From contig LVLI01000512.1 of assembly GCA_001687465.1 (NCBI GenBank), forward strand, positions 1 to 43,479: a stretch of DNA of 43,479 nucleotides, written 5' to 3'. Below the pieces are notes generated by a model that did no database searches, had not been told where the DNA came from, and saw only the letters and a list, made by a program, of their open reading frames with translations. This DNA comes from Halocafeteria seosinensis (lineage: Eukaryota). This document shows positions 24,841-37,486 of this stretch, piece after piece. How positions within the stretch are numbered: the first letter of the stretch is position 1; every line of letters starts with the position of its first letter. The position numbers and the translations under genes were made by a program.

Positions 24841-27302
24841 ATGGACTTCAATGAATGTGGAGATACTTCATATCATGCTTCCATGATGATTATGTTGCCG
24901 TTGAGAACGTATCTGCAAGCCTTCATGCTCCGCTGTAGGACGAGTTGTTTTCCTAATTTAGTATACAGACCTACAATATACGATACACGAATCAAGGTCG
25001 TGAATTGATGCTGAAACCATCTATATCTTGATCCAAAAATGCACAGCGGTTTGTAGGTGAATTCCAGCAGGGCATGGTCGCAGAGCCGGGAAGCGAGCAA
25101 GACTTCGAGAACGCCGTATCTATGGACGGAGTGACATCAAATCGATTTGGATAGTCATTTAAGCTGTCTTAGTATTTGTACTTGTCGCCTTGACAAAAAA
25201 TAGGGAAGGGAAGTACAGGTACTTCCAGAAGCCATGCGCTAGCTCGCAAATCGAAGCCGGGTGCCATTTTATTCGCCCAAGTACGGACGGCATGGTGGAT
25301 CCTGTACCCTGTGCTTTTAATTATGATATACAGGGTACATCCATATAAGGAGTCCTATGAAGGTGTGACGTGATCATGGATAGAAAAGGCAAGGAGCAGC
25401 GGAAGGTGCGTGATGAAAGATATCCTACCTGTCGTCAACATCGAAGTTTAGAAGGACTGCGAGGCCCCACAGCAAGTCCATGGGACGCATTTCGATCGTA
25501 GGAAGAAAACCAGATGATAAATTGTTGCTGGTATATATGTATTGGAATGCTTTGGATATTCGGCTTCCCCTGACGAGCATGGGTCCGATATGCACAGAGA
25601 GTTATGGATTCCACCATGAACGCGGAAGCACGCGCACTGAGATGGCTTCGTTCAATAGTATAGCAAGAAGAGAGTCAATAAAAGACTGAATGGTTAAATG
25701 GGCTCACGAATGCCGATTGTGCACGACAGACCAAAGACAACGAGCACTGCACACACAACCTACTTAATCAAGAAATACATACCCAGCGTGATTGGAGCAT
25801 TATGGGTCATTGCTAGTGTTTGGAATCAATTCGTCGACAAGTATGGAGAAAATGATATGATGCTCATCGTATGCGTCTGACAGCTCGAACTGCTACATAT
25901 GTAACGCTGTTTGAGATGACATGCAGCGAGACGGTAGAAGTGGCTCGGGCGATACAACGGCTGCGTGAATGAGTATGCATTGTAACAACCGTTCAGAGAA
26001 CCAAGATAGGTATGATTTTAGACGAACTTTTACGCCTGCTATAAATTGGCTAATTCTTTCGAAGAAAGTCTAGCTTTCCTCGGCGGTAGCACAGGAGCAT
26101 TGTATGTTATCCAGCAACTCCGTCTGTGGCATGACATGTCGGCACATGTTATACCAACAATTGACCCATGATTAGTATTAATTACATTGGAAGGCATCTA
26201 TCTGCGAGTTGCCGGTCTTGCCTTTGGGAACTCCGGGACCTCCAGTGCGTGGAAGTGAGTTGGAACTGCATCCCCGCGTCGGTGCAGAACCGTTGGCCAG
26301 CGTGCCGATCACAAGCAACGAAGACTCGCATTGGTTCCTTCGACCGGTAATTTTTGAAAGAAATTCATCCTGCAGACAGCTCAGTATATCTGTGAAAAAA
26401 TGTGTCATGCTGATTCCAGGCTTGAGTCAGCTCGAGCCAACTGTCAAAGCTGCGCTGCTTGTACAGTACCGTAAGCAAATTTGGAATGCACAAACTGCAA
26501 TGTTCCCCTTGGAGATACTGCGTCATTCTCTTCATTTTGCTCCCTCAATTTCATATGCTTGGATCCCACATTACATAGCTGAGGCATTCTGCGCAGTCCT
26601 GCCTTCAACAACTAAGTCAAACTAACCAAGACAACTCAACGGCACTTTCTAATCCACAGTGTTCTCTCTTCAGGGATTTGTCCATTCTGTTGTTCCCCTG
26701 CACGGGAATCACTTTCTTACCAGGTGAGTACTGCTCCACCCCCGTCTCCGTCCTCCAACGAGTTCACATGGAACCATGCGAATCCTGGGAAGTATGGTAC
26801 TGCAAGAAGCCTGCCAGGGACTTGTTCTCCCAACGCCCAACGGCTCTGTCGGACAGAGTCTGTCCGGGGTCAGGAATCTGCCCCTGGGTTCCCCAGGGCA
26901 AGGAACAATTGTTTCTCATGACCTCGTTAGCGCTTTATACGTGCAAGATCATCTACTATCCGCTGTTGAGGGAATGAAAGCATCCAGGGAAAATGCGGTG
27001 CTGAATACCTTTGGGCCGAACAATTGTGGGTGGACTCGCAGAAGCATGTGACCAACTCCGGTGGTTCCGCAGAACAAGGTAGCTCAAGCCGCGCAGTCAT
27101 ATAGCACATGGACCGTTTGTTCCCGAGAGATTGTCTGCATAGGGTGGGGCTCAGGGGACGAGACTAGGGTTGCTTGTGCGTGACTGTGCACTTTTGTATA
27201 CGGCACTCTGCTCTGAGTTGTTGTCGCAAGCGCGGGGAAGTCAAAACCGGTTTGCTCCAGTCCGTTCGCAGGATCCAAGTTGAAGAAAATAAATTGAACA
27301 AA

Positions 27303-30265
27303 ATGAAGCAGCGAGATGTGCCGACCACCCGACGAATGAAATCGTGCCAGTCCACGGAGTCTTCCAAGTCGTTGAATCGAAATACGGCGAGAAAACGGCC
27401 GGCTGCTTCGAGTAACTTGCCCGGCTCCAGTTCCACGAGTAAACGAGTTTCAACCAGAAATGAAAAAGCAAACTTACAGAAGAATGCAAAAGGCACTATC
27501 TCGACGGATCCTCCCCAAACGAGACGAAATCGACCTTCCCGAACAGAGTTGCCTGAGGAACGGCAAGAAACAGAAACTACGTCGGCAACTGCGCCGGCGA
27601 CTTCCCAAGTGGACCCCGGTTGGGGTAGCTGGGAAGCTAACGTAAAGAGAGGAAAAACCAAAACTAGTCATAGTTCTTCCGAAGTGACGCAAAATGATGT
27701 AGTAGAGAAATCTTCCGCAGACGAGGAGGATTGGTGGGAAAGAAAGATTACCTCCTCCGCGGAAACTCACCAACCGCAGGTGGAGGGCAATGAGAGACAG
27801 CAAAATTCAAAAGAAGAAGTCAGTAGGTCACCTGTATCTCCCAGGACTGAAAAAGAGGAGGCAGAGTCTCTTGGAATTGAGGAGTCACATTTCCATTTCA
27901 GCCCTCAGGAAGAGGAAGAGGGTTCTGCAACAGTAACTTCCCGCGGTACTTCTCTAACACCACCTAATGATGCATTGCCAGGGACATCTGAAAGTCCGCT
28001 ATTTAGACTACACCATGTACCTGAGTCGACAACCAATTTGATCGAGGAGCCACCCGCAATGCTTCCAATATTTATCCTGTATTCTTTGGGACACTGGACT
28101 TGCACAAGGTGTGTAGTTACTCGTCGTCCAATGCATCCGAAATGAGAGAAACAGTCTTTCTGCTGAACAGGTGTAAAAGCCGCAAATTTCTGGAAGGAGC
28201 CAACTTTCGAGTTTATTACTATCACGGAAGATGGAGAAAGTAAGAGATTCCCTCGTTTTACTCCCTATTTGCAGACTTCGCACTTATCTCTCATTGCAGA
28301 AGGTGCGCCCCATGCTCTCTGAAAGTAACGGCAGGAAAGGTTTGTCAATGGCGAAGTGAATATAGACGAAAGAAGCATCACAACTCAGCTTTGTGTGTTA
28401 TAATATGTTGCTGCATTCCAGAGTGGAGTTAACCCTGGTAGAGGCAGCAGGTGGACGAGAGTAAATATTGACGTTTGTAAGTAGGACAATCGGGTTCCTG
28501 TCAACGCTTGGGGCGCTTTTTATCCACAACATGGCTACGGGACTGCAGATAGTTTTGCTAAGGACCCGGTGGATCGAATTTTCCGCCTAAAGAAGGGCTT
28601 CTCTCAAAGGTTTAATGATCCAAACCGTACCGTCAGAGAAGCAGGCTTGTACGTTCCAGTGTCAACGTTGCTGGAAGCTCGTCAGGAAGATGTCATAAAG
28701 TGTTTTCATTTCTACGGAGGAACGATGATCCGCGACCGCTCTCCGGAAGAAGATACATCCGAGGAAGTGGTTTATCACGGAAATCCTATGGCGACGGTAA
28801 AGTTAGTTCCTTCTGCCAAGGATACTGCTAAGATAATACTGACGACCGAGCTCACAGAAGACAGCAGTGAGCTGCGCCTCCACGAGCATACATACGCCTC
28901 TAATGGATACCTAGTATTGCATGTAGCCTGGGTGTCACAGACGATCAAGGTGCGTTTTTGTGGCCTGTAACGGTTCCGATGCCTATTCATCCAGAAGATG
29001 AACCGGGACGCAGGTGCGTATGGGGCAGAATGCTCCTTCGCTGGAGGCTGATCTGGATAACCCCCCTTTACCGTCCGGAAACCTGGCTCCACCATTTACA
29101 TGTATTCTCTTGCGGAGCAATGTTCAAGGGTCAGAGATATTCCTTCTAGGTATGGCCATTCGAACTTGCTTACTGCTTCCATTAAGGCACATTATGGCAA
29201 ATTGTGGATTGTGATCCGCGTACAGATAAGGGAGAAAGTTTGCCATCTACATCTCAAATAGCTAAAGTATCCAATCGTGTTTTAGCCGATACGGTAGAAA
29301 ATTCGCCGGTGGAAGGATCGCCCCAGAAAGCANCCGCCAGCCGAATGGAACCGCCCCGATCAGTAGCGGTAGTTGCTGGCAAGCGTACGATCCCGCAACT
29401 GATATGTGGCAAATCAGATCTGAACGCGCTTTTGAGCGACCCCTCGTCGGTTGGTTCACGAAGTGGTCAAGACTCAAAGTCTCGTAAGAAAAGCTCGCCT
29501 CCAACAGTGAAACAAGTGCAGCCTGCAGCTGAGTCTGGTGATGGTGACGGAAATAACGAAGGTTTACAGGAAGGAGTCGTTAACACAATAGAAGAGGTAA
29601 TACAGGGAAATGCATCGAAGAAGAGGAGCAACAAAAGAACAACCGGTAGCAAGGGCGAGAAGAAGACCAGAAACAAGGAGACTTGTCAAACAACGTACAC
29701 AATGCCCGTCGCTGACACATTTGGAGCACCGCCTATGTCTCAACCCGATGAAGAAAGCATGAACATAGATAACTCTCAGTCTGAAGAAGCTTGTACCTTT
29801 CCGCCTCGCGCTTCCAGTCAGGAGCGTATGGACTATGACAACAGTAACGCCGCTGATACTAGCAAGCATGAATCTGCGGAGCCAGTGGTTAGAGAAGAGG
29901 TTCCGAAAGAAGAGGCAAGAGCTGGTGAACGTTTGCCTCGCTTTTCTTCTCTGGCAAACTCAGTTCTGACGGACGTCTCGAAGGCTAAAGGGTTTTCTCG
30001 AGGGAAGCTAACAAGAGAAAAGAGCACAAGCAGGCTGCCTTTCGCCCCCGTTGGAAATTCGTCAGCTCCAAGGATGCCGTGTTGCATGTTTCATCCATTT
30101 CTCAGGTACAGTGCAAAACACGTCAAGAGCATTCACCCTCTGCCTCATTGCCGACGTTCGGCGAGTGTCCTCCAGCGTGTGACTGACAGGCTCTCCTCGC
30201 AACCTCTTTGTTCGAAATACTTATCAAACTTAGACACTGACTTTAGTCTCTTCGTGAATGTCTAG
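27303..30265 (+). CDS. Multi-exon hypothetical protein, S/T/E/K-rich disordered ends with a CxxC-x21-CxxC zinc-finger-like motif; boundaries uncertain
   Basis: ORF 27174-28145 splices at 28108/28171 and 28239/28300 to give WTCTRCKSRKFLEGANFRVYYYHGRWRKRCAPC; further phase-consistent exons link via ~28422, ~28549, ~29014 into ORF 29204-30265. One ambiguous base (n) at ~29333. Confidence 0.5.
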
Positions 30266-30844
30266 GAAGTAGTGTACAGCCTTCCCCGACGTTGGCGCGG
30301 GTTGACGGCGCCTCTTCCCGAAGAACTGTAGAGCAGTTGCTCTCTCGAAGAAGGACTTCTGCAGTTAGTCACCCGTATGCTCATGGAGGATGAGTCTGTC
30401 GACCGAGTAGTTCCTTCGACGGATAATGGGCAGGAGACTAGCGAATCCGAATCGTCTCTTTTGTCTGATCCCCCAGAAGCTCGATACCTTCAAGCCACGC
30501 TTTGGGATTCATCGGTTACTCTTTGATCTTGTCTCTGTTTACGGAAGCAATATTGTTATTAATGTCCTGCTTCTCGTGCAACGGTGACACAAGATGGACA
30601 ATACATGCAAAATTCGGTTGCAGTCTGCGACTTCCAGCGCGACCTGCGCATATTCAGAATTCTCACACTGTGAGGCTCACCCCCTTCCGCCGGTCAATAT
30701 GCCATGTGATGCTTTGTTGGTTTCCAACAATCCAGCGCCCTAAAGAACACTGTGTGTTTGTGTGTATGCATACAATTGTGGCATCATGAACGCAAGACGG
30801 AACTTGGAAGTTCGGAAGTTGGAGCTTTCGTTCGACACAAGCAC

Positions 30845-31580
30845 CGAGCGGAAAGTCAGCGTCTTAATTGAATGTATTCGCCTAAATGATACACCGTCTA
30901 ACGATACAGTAAGGAGGAGGAAGCCTTGCATGAAGTGGATGAGGTCAAAGCAGGAGACGTAGCAGATGCGTTGTGTGTCACTACGACAATATTCACAATA
31001 CCAAATTGATGATACCGGTGTGCAATTTCTAGCTGACGCTTTACGCGTCAACATCACGTTGACGGTGAGTGATGTTGACGGTGATAAGCCTAGGCTAAAA
31101 TCAAATTGGCGATCCGGGCATACAACATTTGGCTGGCGCTTTACGAGTCAATACGGCTTTGACAGCGATCAGTTTATGCCACAATCGCATCGCTACAAGG
31201 GGACTCAACTTTTGGCTAATGCCTTGCGCGATGTAAATTCCAAATTAACCAGGATTGATTTAGACGAAAACAAAATTAGTGATGTAGGTGCTGAATCTTG
31301 GCAAACGCGTTGCTGTTTACTAGGAGATTGACGGAACTCTGGTTACGACGAAATATAATCGACGATGTAGGCGCTAAACATGTAGCTAAAGCTTTGCGTG
31401 TGAATACGAGATTGGCTTGGATCAACTTAGAAGAAAACGAAATCACGGATACAGGTGCTGAATACTTCGCGAATGCTTTGAATTCCAACAGCACATTGAC
31501 TGAAATCTTTCTGTTGTTGAACCTAGCCATGACGAAGATATACTGAGAGAATTGCGAAGTTAGTCAAACGAAACAAGGCG
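30845..31580 (+). pseudogene. Older full-length paralog of the LRR gene family, frameshifted
   Basis: N-cap ERKVSVLIECIRLND (cf. EERVQTSIQRIRRND), repeats FLADALRVNITLT, QHLAGALRVNTALT, LTRIDLDENKISDVGA, HVAKALRVNTRLAWINLEENEI, C-cap ERIAKLVKRNK (cf. ERIKHLVEQRNK); several frameshifts, a duplicated gttgacggtga and a TAA inside a repeat. Confidence 0.8.
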
Positions 31581-32532
31581 TGAAACAACGTGATACCGGA
31601 TTCTCTCCGGTCGAAGGACGATCTTCGCATGTATGCATTAGCATAGAGTCCACCTCTTGTAACAGCCACTTCTCATCAGAGAATGAGTCCTCACCAGTTT
31701 TGGCGGAGATTACACTGTAATTGCCACTGTACTGTACTTGCCAAATTGGCAATGCTCGCGTGCCACATGTTGTTGGTCTTGTTGACTACGTACTCTGTGT
31801 CCTGTTATGTCTTGTTTTCTACGAAATAAACTCTATTTGATTGAACAAATGCGACTTCGCTAAATTGCATATACCAGTAGAATAGCTTGGTTGACTACGG
31901 AAACAGCAAAATGGGAAGGTCAACAAAGAGACTAGTTCGGACGACTTACATGCTCTGCGAAAACAAACTGTTGATCACCTCTCCTAATAGAACAACCTGG
32001 AAAAAGCTCGTATGCACTTCTCGTGTTGAGTCAGCTCCGAAGTTCGAACCCACATTAGGTGACTCTGCGATCATGCCATGAATGTACGGTACGACCACTG
32101 CCCTTCTCACAACGAGTCTTCCATTACCATACAACATGAAGCACAGCATGTGTTGACGCCAAAGTCCCTGTTGCATGCTACCCCGGTCCTGTTCGTGGTG
32201 TCGCCGCCCTTTGTGCCGCTCCGAAGGGACGCCAAACTGGAAGGGTGCGATTAGGTGACCCCTCTCTCCAGAGGAGAAGAAGGAGGTTATCTTTATTCAG
32301 GTGAAAACCGAGGACCTTGTCATATATGTGTTTTCACTATGTTCGAAGTGGTTGCAGAGCAGAGTTTCCTCCTACCGGGCTGTCTGATCTGACCTGATAC
32401 CCTGAGGGTTACGGTATACCTCTTATAGGACTGCGGAGTTGGAGCCCCGAAGCGAGAACAACCTTGCTAGATTCCTTCGATCCTGGAAAAAGAAAAAGTG
32501 AATTTAGGACCAACCAGTAACAGAAGAAGGAG

Positions 32533-35398
32533 ATGATGATGATACACGCCATGCTTGTTGGTTTCTTTATCATATTGATGCAGTTGTCAGGAGAAACTGG
32601 AGCCTCCCATTATCGATATGGAGTTGTGACTTGGCGCTTCCAGCCTAATCAGCCTGATTATACAGTGCAATTCACCGTAAATCTAGCCTGGTATGTACGC
32701 TTCTTTGAATTCTTGTAAGACTCCTCTGATGACAATTGCCCTTGTTGGCTGTTTGGGTTCATGCAGGAGGTGGTCGTTCTTCGGCCAACCCAGGTCAGGA
32801 ACTGTAGATTCCTGCGGTAACTGCTTCCACTATGGTGACGGGACCTCTGGCGCCGCTCCACCTTTGAGTATTGATTCTATAAGTGAGGAAGACGATTGGT
32901 TTGCAGGCGAAGGCAAAGTAATGCATATGTACTCAGATCGAACCAATGGACGAGAGCCTTTTCGCTGGCGCTTCGAAGGTTGCTGCCGCATAGGTTCTAT
33001 CCAAAACAGCGGATCAAGTGGATGGAGACTCATTGCTGACGTTGATCTTTCTCGTCGTGCTGACACCGGCACGGCAAATAACCCCCCTTCCTCTTCAATG
33101 ATGCCCATCGTCACGATTACGGAAGGAGTGGGCAATACATTTTTCGTAGTTGCAAGCGATGCAGATAACGACCCCTTGAGCTTTCGTCTGGCAAATGGAG
33201 AGGAAATGTCAAATGACGGGACGGGCACCCAACCTCCCGGTATATTCATTGATGAAGAGAGCGGTCAAGTAACATGGGATAATCCAAGCATTTCGAGTGG
33301 ACATGAAAGCGCTTGGTGGTACACCAACATTATAGTCTCCGATGGCTACTCCTCAGTGGGAATCGACTTTATAGTACGTGTTGAGGCTCAAGCCACCATA
33401 TGCACTGCTCAGACCGGTGATACTTGCGTCGATTGCGGTAACCCTTGTACTAGTGACACTGACTGTGGAAATGGCTGTCACTGTGGGAATAACCGGCCCC
33501 CAAAGTTTGTCTCGCCTCCGTGGACCGACGCGTCTGGCCTCCCTCAATGCTTTCTTCCGGGGCAAGTGGGGGAATTCTTAGTAACAGCTGCCGACGACGA
33601 ACCATGCCACACTGTTACTCTTCAGACTGCAGGGAGGCCAAGTGGATCTACATTCGAGAAAATATCTTCAGTCGCTAACCCTGTGGAATATCGCTTTCAG
33701 TGGTCGCCCGCTGTAGACGAATCCGGAAGCCAGCAAATGAGTATAGTGGCCCTAGATGAGGAGGATTCCTCTCCTCCTCAAACTGTGGAACTCTTTGTTC
33801 CTTCGACTAATCAGCTCCCGGATGTCGATACCTTAACACCCTTGCAAGGACCATGGAATGAAGAAATAACAGTAGACATGTTCGGAAACGGCTTCATACT
33901 GAGCGTCGCCCTTGCATGCCGTTACCGTCTAATTGGTTCTTCCGACTGGATCACCCGCAAGGCCATCTTTGTTTCTACAGGGCATATCAAGTGCCATATC
34001 CCCAAGAGATCGGCCTTGACCGAACATACCACGGACGAAGCAAGTATGTCTGTTGAGATCGAAGTCTCCAACACTGCCGGTTGTGCATCATGGAAAAGCA
34101 TTTCCACTTTATTTGAGTACACTGGCCCCACCCCAACCCCTAGTCCGACGGCATCTGTATCAAAAACCCCACATGCAACGTCGTCCCCGACTAATTCAGA
34201 AACCCCATCGGGGACCCGCTCAATGAGCGCTACACCTACGGTTACGACGTCCGTTACTTGCTCAAGTACTGGTACAAGTAGACCAACGGAGGAGACACCG
34301 ACCAAGAGCGATTCACCCTCTACTAGCCCGATGATAACGAAAACACCTTCTTCAGAAAGTGCAACGTTTTCATCCAGTCGTTCGGCCACCCAAACTATGA
34401 CAACAAGTGGTAGCAACTCCATGACCAGAACACCCTCACCCTCAGAAAGTATGACGTGTTCAGTAACTAGTTCAGTGACAGGAACGCCGACAGCCAGTGG
34501 AACACAAACCTCTACAGGCTCGTTAAGTAGAACCCCATCAGCGTCAGAAACTGGAACAACCAGTAGAACTCCAAGTGCTTCGAACACGTTAAGTAGTACT
34601 CCCGCACCCTCAGAGAGCGGAACGACAACCACCTCCATTACAGCAAGTGCTACCTCGTCACATTCAGAGAGTGCAACGACCGCCAGCTCCATTTCAACTT
34701 CAGCGACTAGCCATTCGCTCGTCAGCATGTCGCCTTGCTCAACTCCAGGCACTAGCTCGAGCATGCAAGTCCCCATGACAAGTTGTCCTGTCAGAGCCAG
34801 CGAAAACCATACTGTATCACGGCTACCCTTTCCCTCGAATAGTCCAGTCCCAACATCTTCACCGAAGAAGACTAGTTCAGCTACCGGTATTCATCAGCAG
34901 ACTCTGTCAATTCCAATGCCAAGCACATCTGCTACCGGTATTCCGACTTCTGAAGAAACAAGCGAAAGTGACGGCAGGCCCTCACCAACAAGTGATGCCA
35001 CCCCCAGTGCAAATCCTCCGCCAGACGGTGATCCAGGAGGAGACACAACGGTAGACGAAGGAGAGGGAGACAGCAGCGGTGCGATCATCGCTGCTCCACT
35101 TTCGTCCCTCCTGTTTCTTCTATTTGTTGCTATGACAGTGATTTTATACCGGCGCTATGGTTCAAGCAGGTACTCGACAACCGACACAGACAAAATTCTT
35201 CCAAGCGATATGGATATGGAAGTGCACATCACTCATGATAAATGGAGGCAAGCTGTAAATTCGTCTTCTTTCTCTCTAGCCAATGTGCCGGCATCAGCAT
35301 CTTATCGAAGTAGTAATCGCCATAAAGGAACGAGGAGAGTCGTGCCTCATCGTAATGGGCGGAAAAGGAGGCGCTACGGAGCAATTCATAGGAAGTAA
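32533..35398 (+). CDS. Type I membrane adhesion-like protein: signal peptide, Sib (integrin-beta-like)-type N-terminal region, Cys-rich segment, IPT/TIG-like domain, Ser/Thr/Pro mucin stalk, TM, cytoplasmic tail
   Basis: Exon 1 32533-32690 (MMMIHAMLVGFFIILMQLSGETGA|SHYRYGVVTWR), intron 32691-32766 (GTATGT..ATGCAG), exon 2 to TAA 35396-35398. Motifs SHYRYG..W, YGDG, DDWFAG, GCCRIGSIQN, MMPIV, VVASD, QPPG, IDFIV, NRPPKFVSPP recall Dictyostelium SibA N-terminus (from memory); TLTPLQGP..GNGF..C..AIFVS..IKC..VEVSN..FEY is IPT/TIG-like; TM AIIAAPLSSLLFLLFVAMTVILY. Confidence 0.8.
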
Positions 35399-35712
35399 TC
35401 CCCATTTCTGACTCCAAAGCAGTATTTTCTTGGGTTTGACATTCTATAAAGATTTAGCTGACAATTCCCGCCTTTAACCTCTTAGATGGAATCAGTTTCC
35501 GCTAGAACGTGCTTCTAGTACGGTGCGCGACGATAACAAAGTCCATGCCCCATCGTAGTGGGCGGAAAAGCAGGCGATAAGGAGTGATTCATAGGAAGTA
35601 ATCCCCATTTCTGACTCCAAAGCAAAATTTTCGTGGGATTGACATTCTTGAAAAGATTCAGCTGAAAATGCCCGCATCTAACCTCCTCTTAGATGGAATC
35701 AGTTTCCTCCTA
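35342..35712. repeat. Imperfect direct tandem duplication, period 203 bp, spanning the stop codon and 3' flank of the Sib-like gene
   Basis: ggaagtaatccccatttctgactccaaagca at 35391 and 35594; flanks gggcggaaaag..aggcg and cttagatggaatcagtttcc also repeated. Confidence 0.9.
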
Positions 35713-37486
35713 GTGATCATGGCACAGCAGCGAGTGGCCATTGGCTCCAGCGCCTAGCCTCCACTGGCTCTCCGTGGTCAAAACAGCTAAAGAAATAGAG
35801 CTCATTGCATTTACTATAGATATGTACATTAGATATACACTAAATTTGTCTCCTCGAGTGCGCTTGCAATCCTTATTGCTCGCGTCAGCTTACTGTTAGT
35901 GCTTCTGTCTACCGTGCCATATGTAGGCATTGTAGGCATTATCGTTGCACACTACAACAACTTTGTACCCGTTTTACCGGGTGCCAGCACCCTGGCGTGC
36001 TATACACCATGGCTTTGTCCGCTGAATGAGAGTAGCTCGGGGGAAGTAACAACTCATTCTGTTCCGCCTGCGGGAATGAATTGTTTCGTGACCAGCAGCA
36101 AGCATTCATTTCTCTCTTTTCCCTGGCCGCAATGCGCGGCTTGGCTTGAGTCAGCATCGCTCGAGTTGGTTCTGCGGAAGAACCCAGCAGTAGTCTTTGG
36201 TTTGACTGTAAATACAAGTCACAACAGTATGTGCACATACTGAAGTGAGAGGACGGTCAAAGTGGAGGGGGAGCGGACACGCCAATGAGAAAGAGCCGTT
36301 GAATTCCTACCAGGTACCCGCCAGAAATAAAATGGCGCACTCTCGGTGAATCACTCGATAGACGAATACATGAATGAGTAGCAGCAACGCCATGAGGATA
36401 ACGAAGAGCAAGCAATTGACCAAGATGTTCATGTTGAAATGGGAATGGGGCAACGCTTGCGCTGCCGCGCCAAACCAAGGGAACTAGGGCCCCATTTCCG
36501 CTATAGGGTAGTGCCCTAAACGTAACGTGTGAGGAAGGTCGCTTCCAACCTAATCCAGCTAACGTCGAGGAATACCCCCTTTGCCCTTCGGGGTCCGATC
36601 TGGAAGTACACTTTGCTATCCATGTCCAGAAACCGCTTCAAATACGTAGAAGGGACCTTACTGATGAGGTGGGCTCTGGTGCGAACAAAACGACCCGTCA
36701 GCTGATTCTGAGCCGAATCAAACAGAATGAAGATACACGAATGCTTCATTGAATTCCTGGGACAGCATGTGTAGTCAACCTAACTAGCTTTCGGACCGAT
36801 TGTAAGAGCGGATATGAAGGGCCACTCTGCAACACGTGCACTGATGAGTACGTGAAAACAGATGGAGAGTGAGTGCCTCTCCTGCGACGGAAATAATCAG
36901 TCCGGCATTATTTTGCCAATGTGAACGATAATTGAGTTTTCGATTGTGACCGGATTGAACGTTGCTGAATCGAAGTCGAAGACTTCTTCGGAGAAGAAAG
37001 CGAACGAGATACCCGGGAGATCTGGTAACGATGAGCGTACGAGCAGCGCAAAACCTTCTGAATCATCCCTATTATATATGGACCGAAAGGACCATGTGGA
37101 AGGGTTCATTCAAGCCAGTCGTGACTCTTGTTGGGCAGATTCATTCAACTGTGACCATAACTGTCATCAGCGGTTTTGAAGTTTATCGTTATAAGACCCA
37201 AGGTCATCGAAGACTTACTCCTGACTTGTCGTTTAGGACGGAACAAGAAGAGTATGCGATTCTGACTGCAAATTGCAATCAGTGTGTTTACGTTATTCGG
37301 GATAGTGCTCGGATTACCCTTTCTGATGATAGGGTAGCGACCAGGTCAGACCTACAACCCTTCTTTATTGAAGTTCATTCATTCGCCTTGTTGATGTGTG
37401 CTCACACAAAGAGAGCCAGTCTTATTCTATTGGAATGAGTATTGACAAAACACGATGGTTGCTTGCTGGAGGAAGTCGTCCTAGTC

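Noticed and set aside
25400..27100. Short ORFs and possible exons upstream of the zinc-finger gene
   Set aside because: Could not build a phase-consistent model or recognise any motif.
33922..34776. 284-aa Val/Gly/Leu-rich minus-strand ORF
   Set aside because: Antisense shadow of the Ser/Thr/Pro mucin stalk.
24046..36766. Shared 14-mer attcctgggacagc at ~24047 and ~36753 as element ends
   Set aside because: Direct orientation, no extended homology or target-site duplication seen; likely chance.
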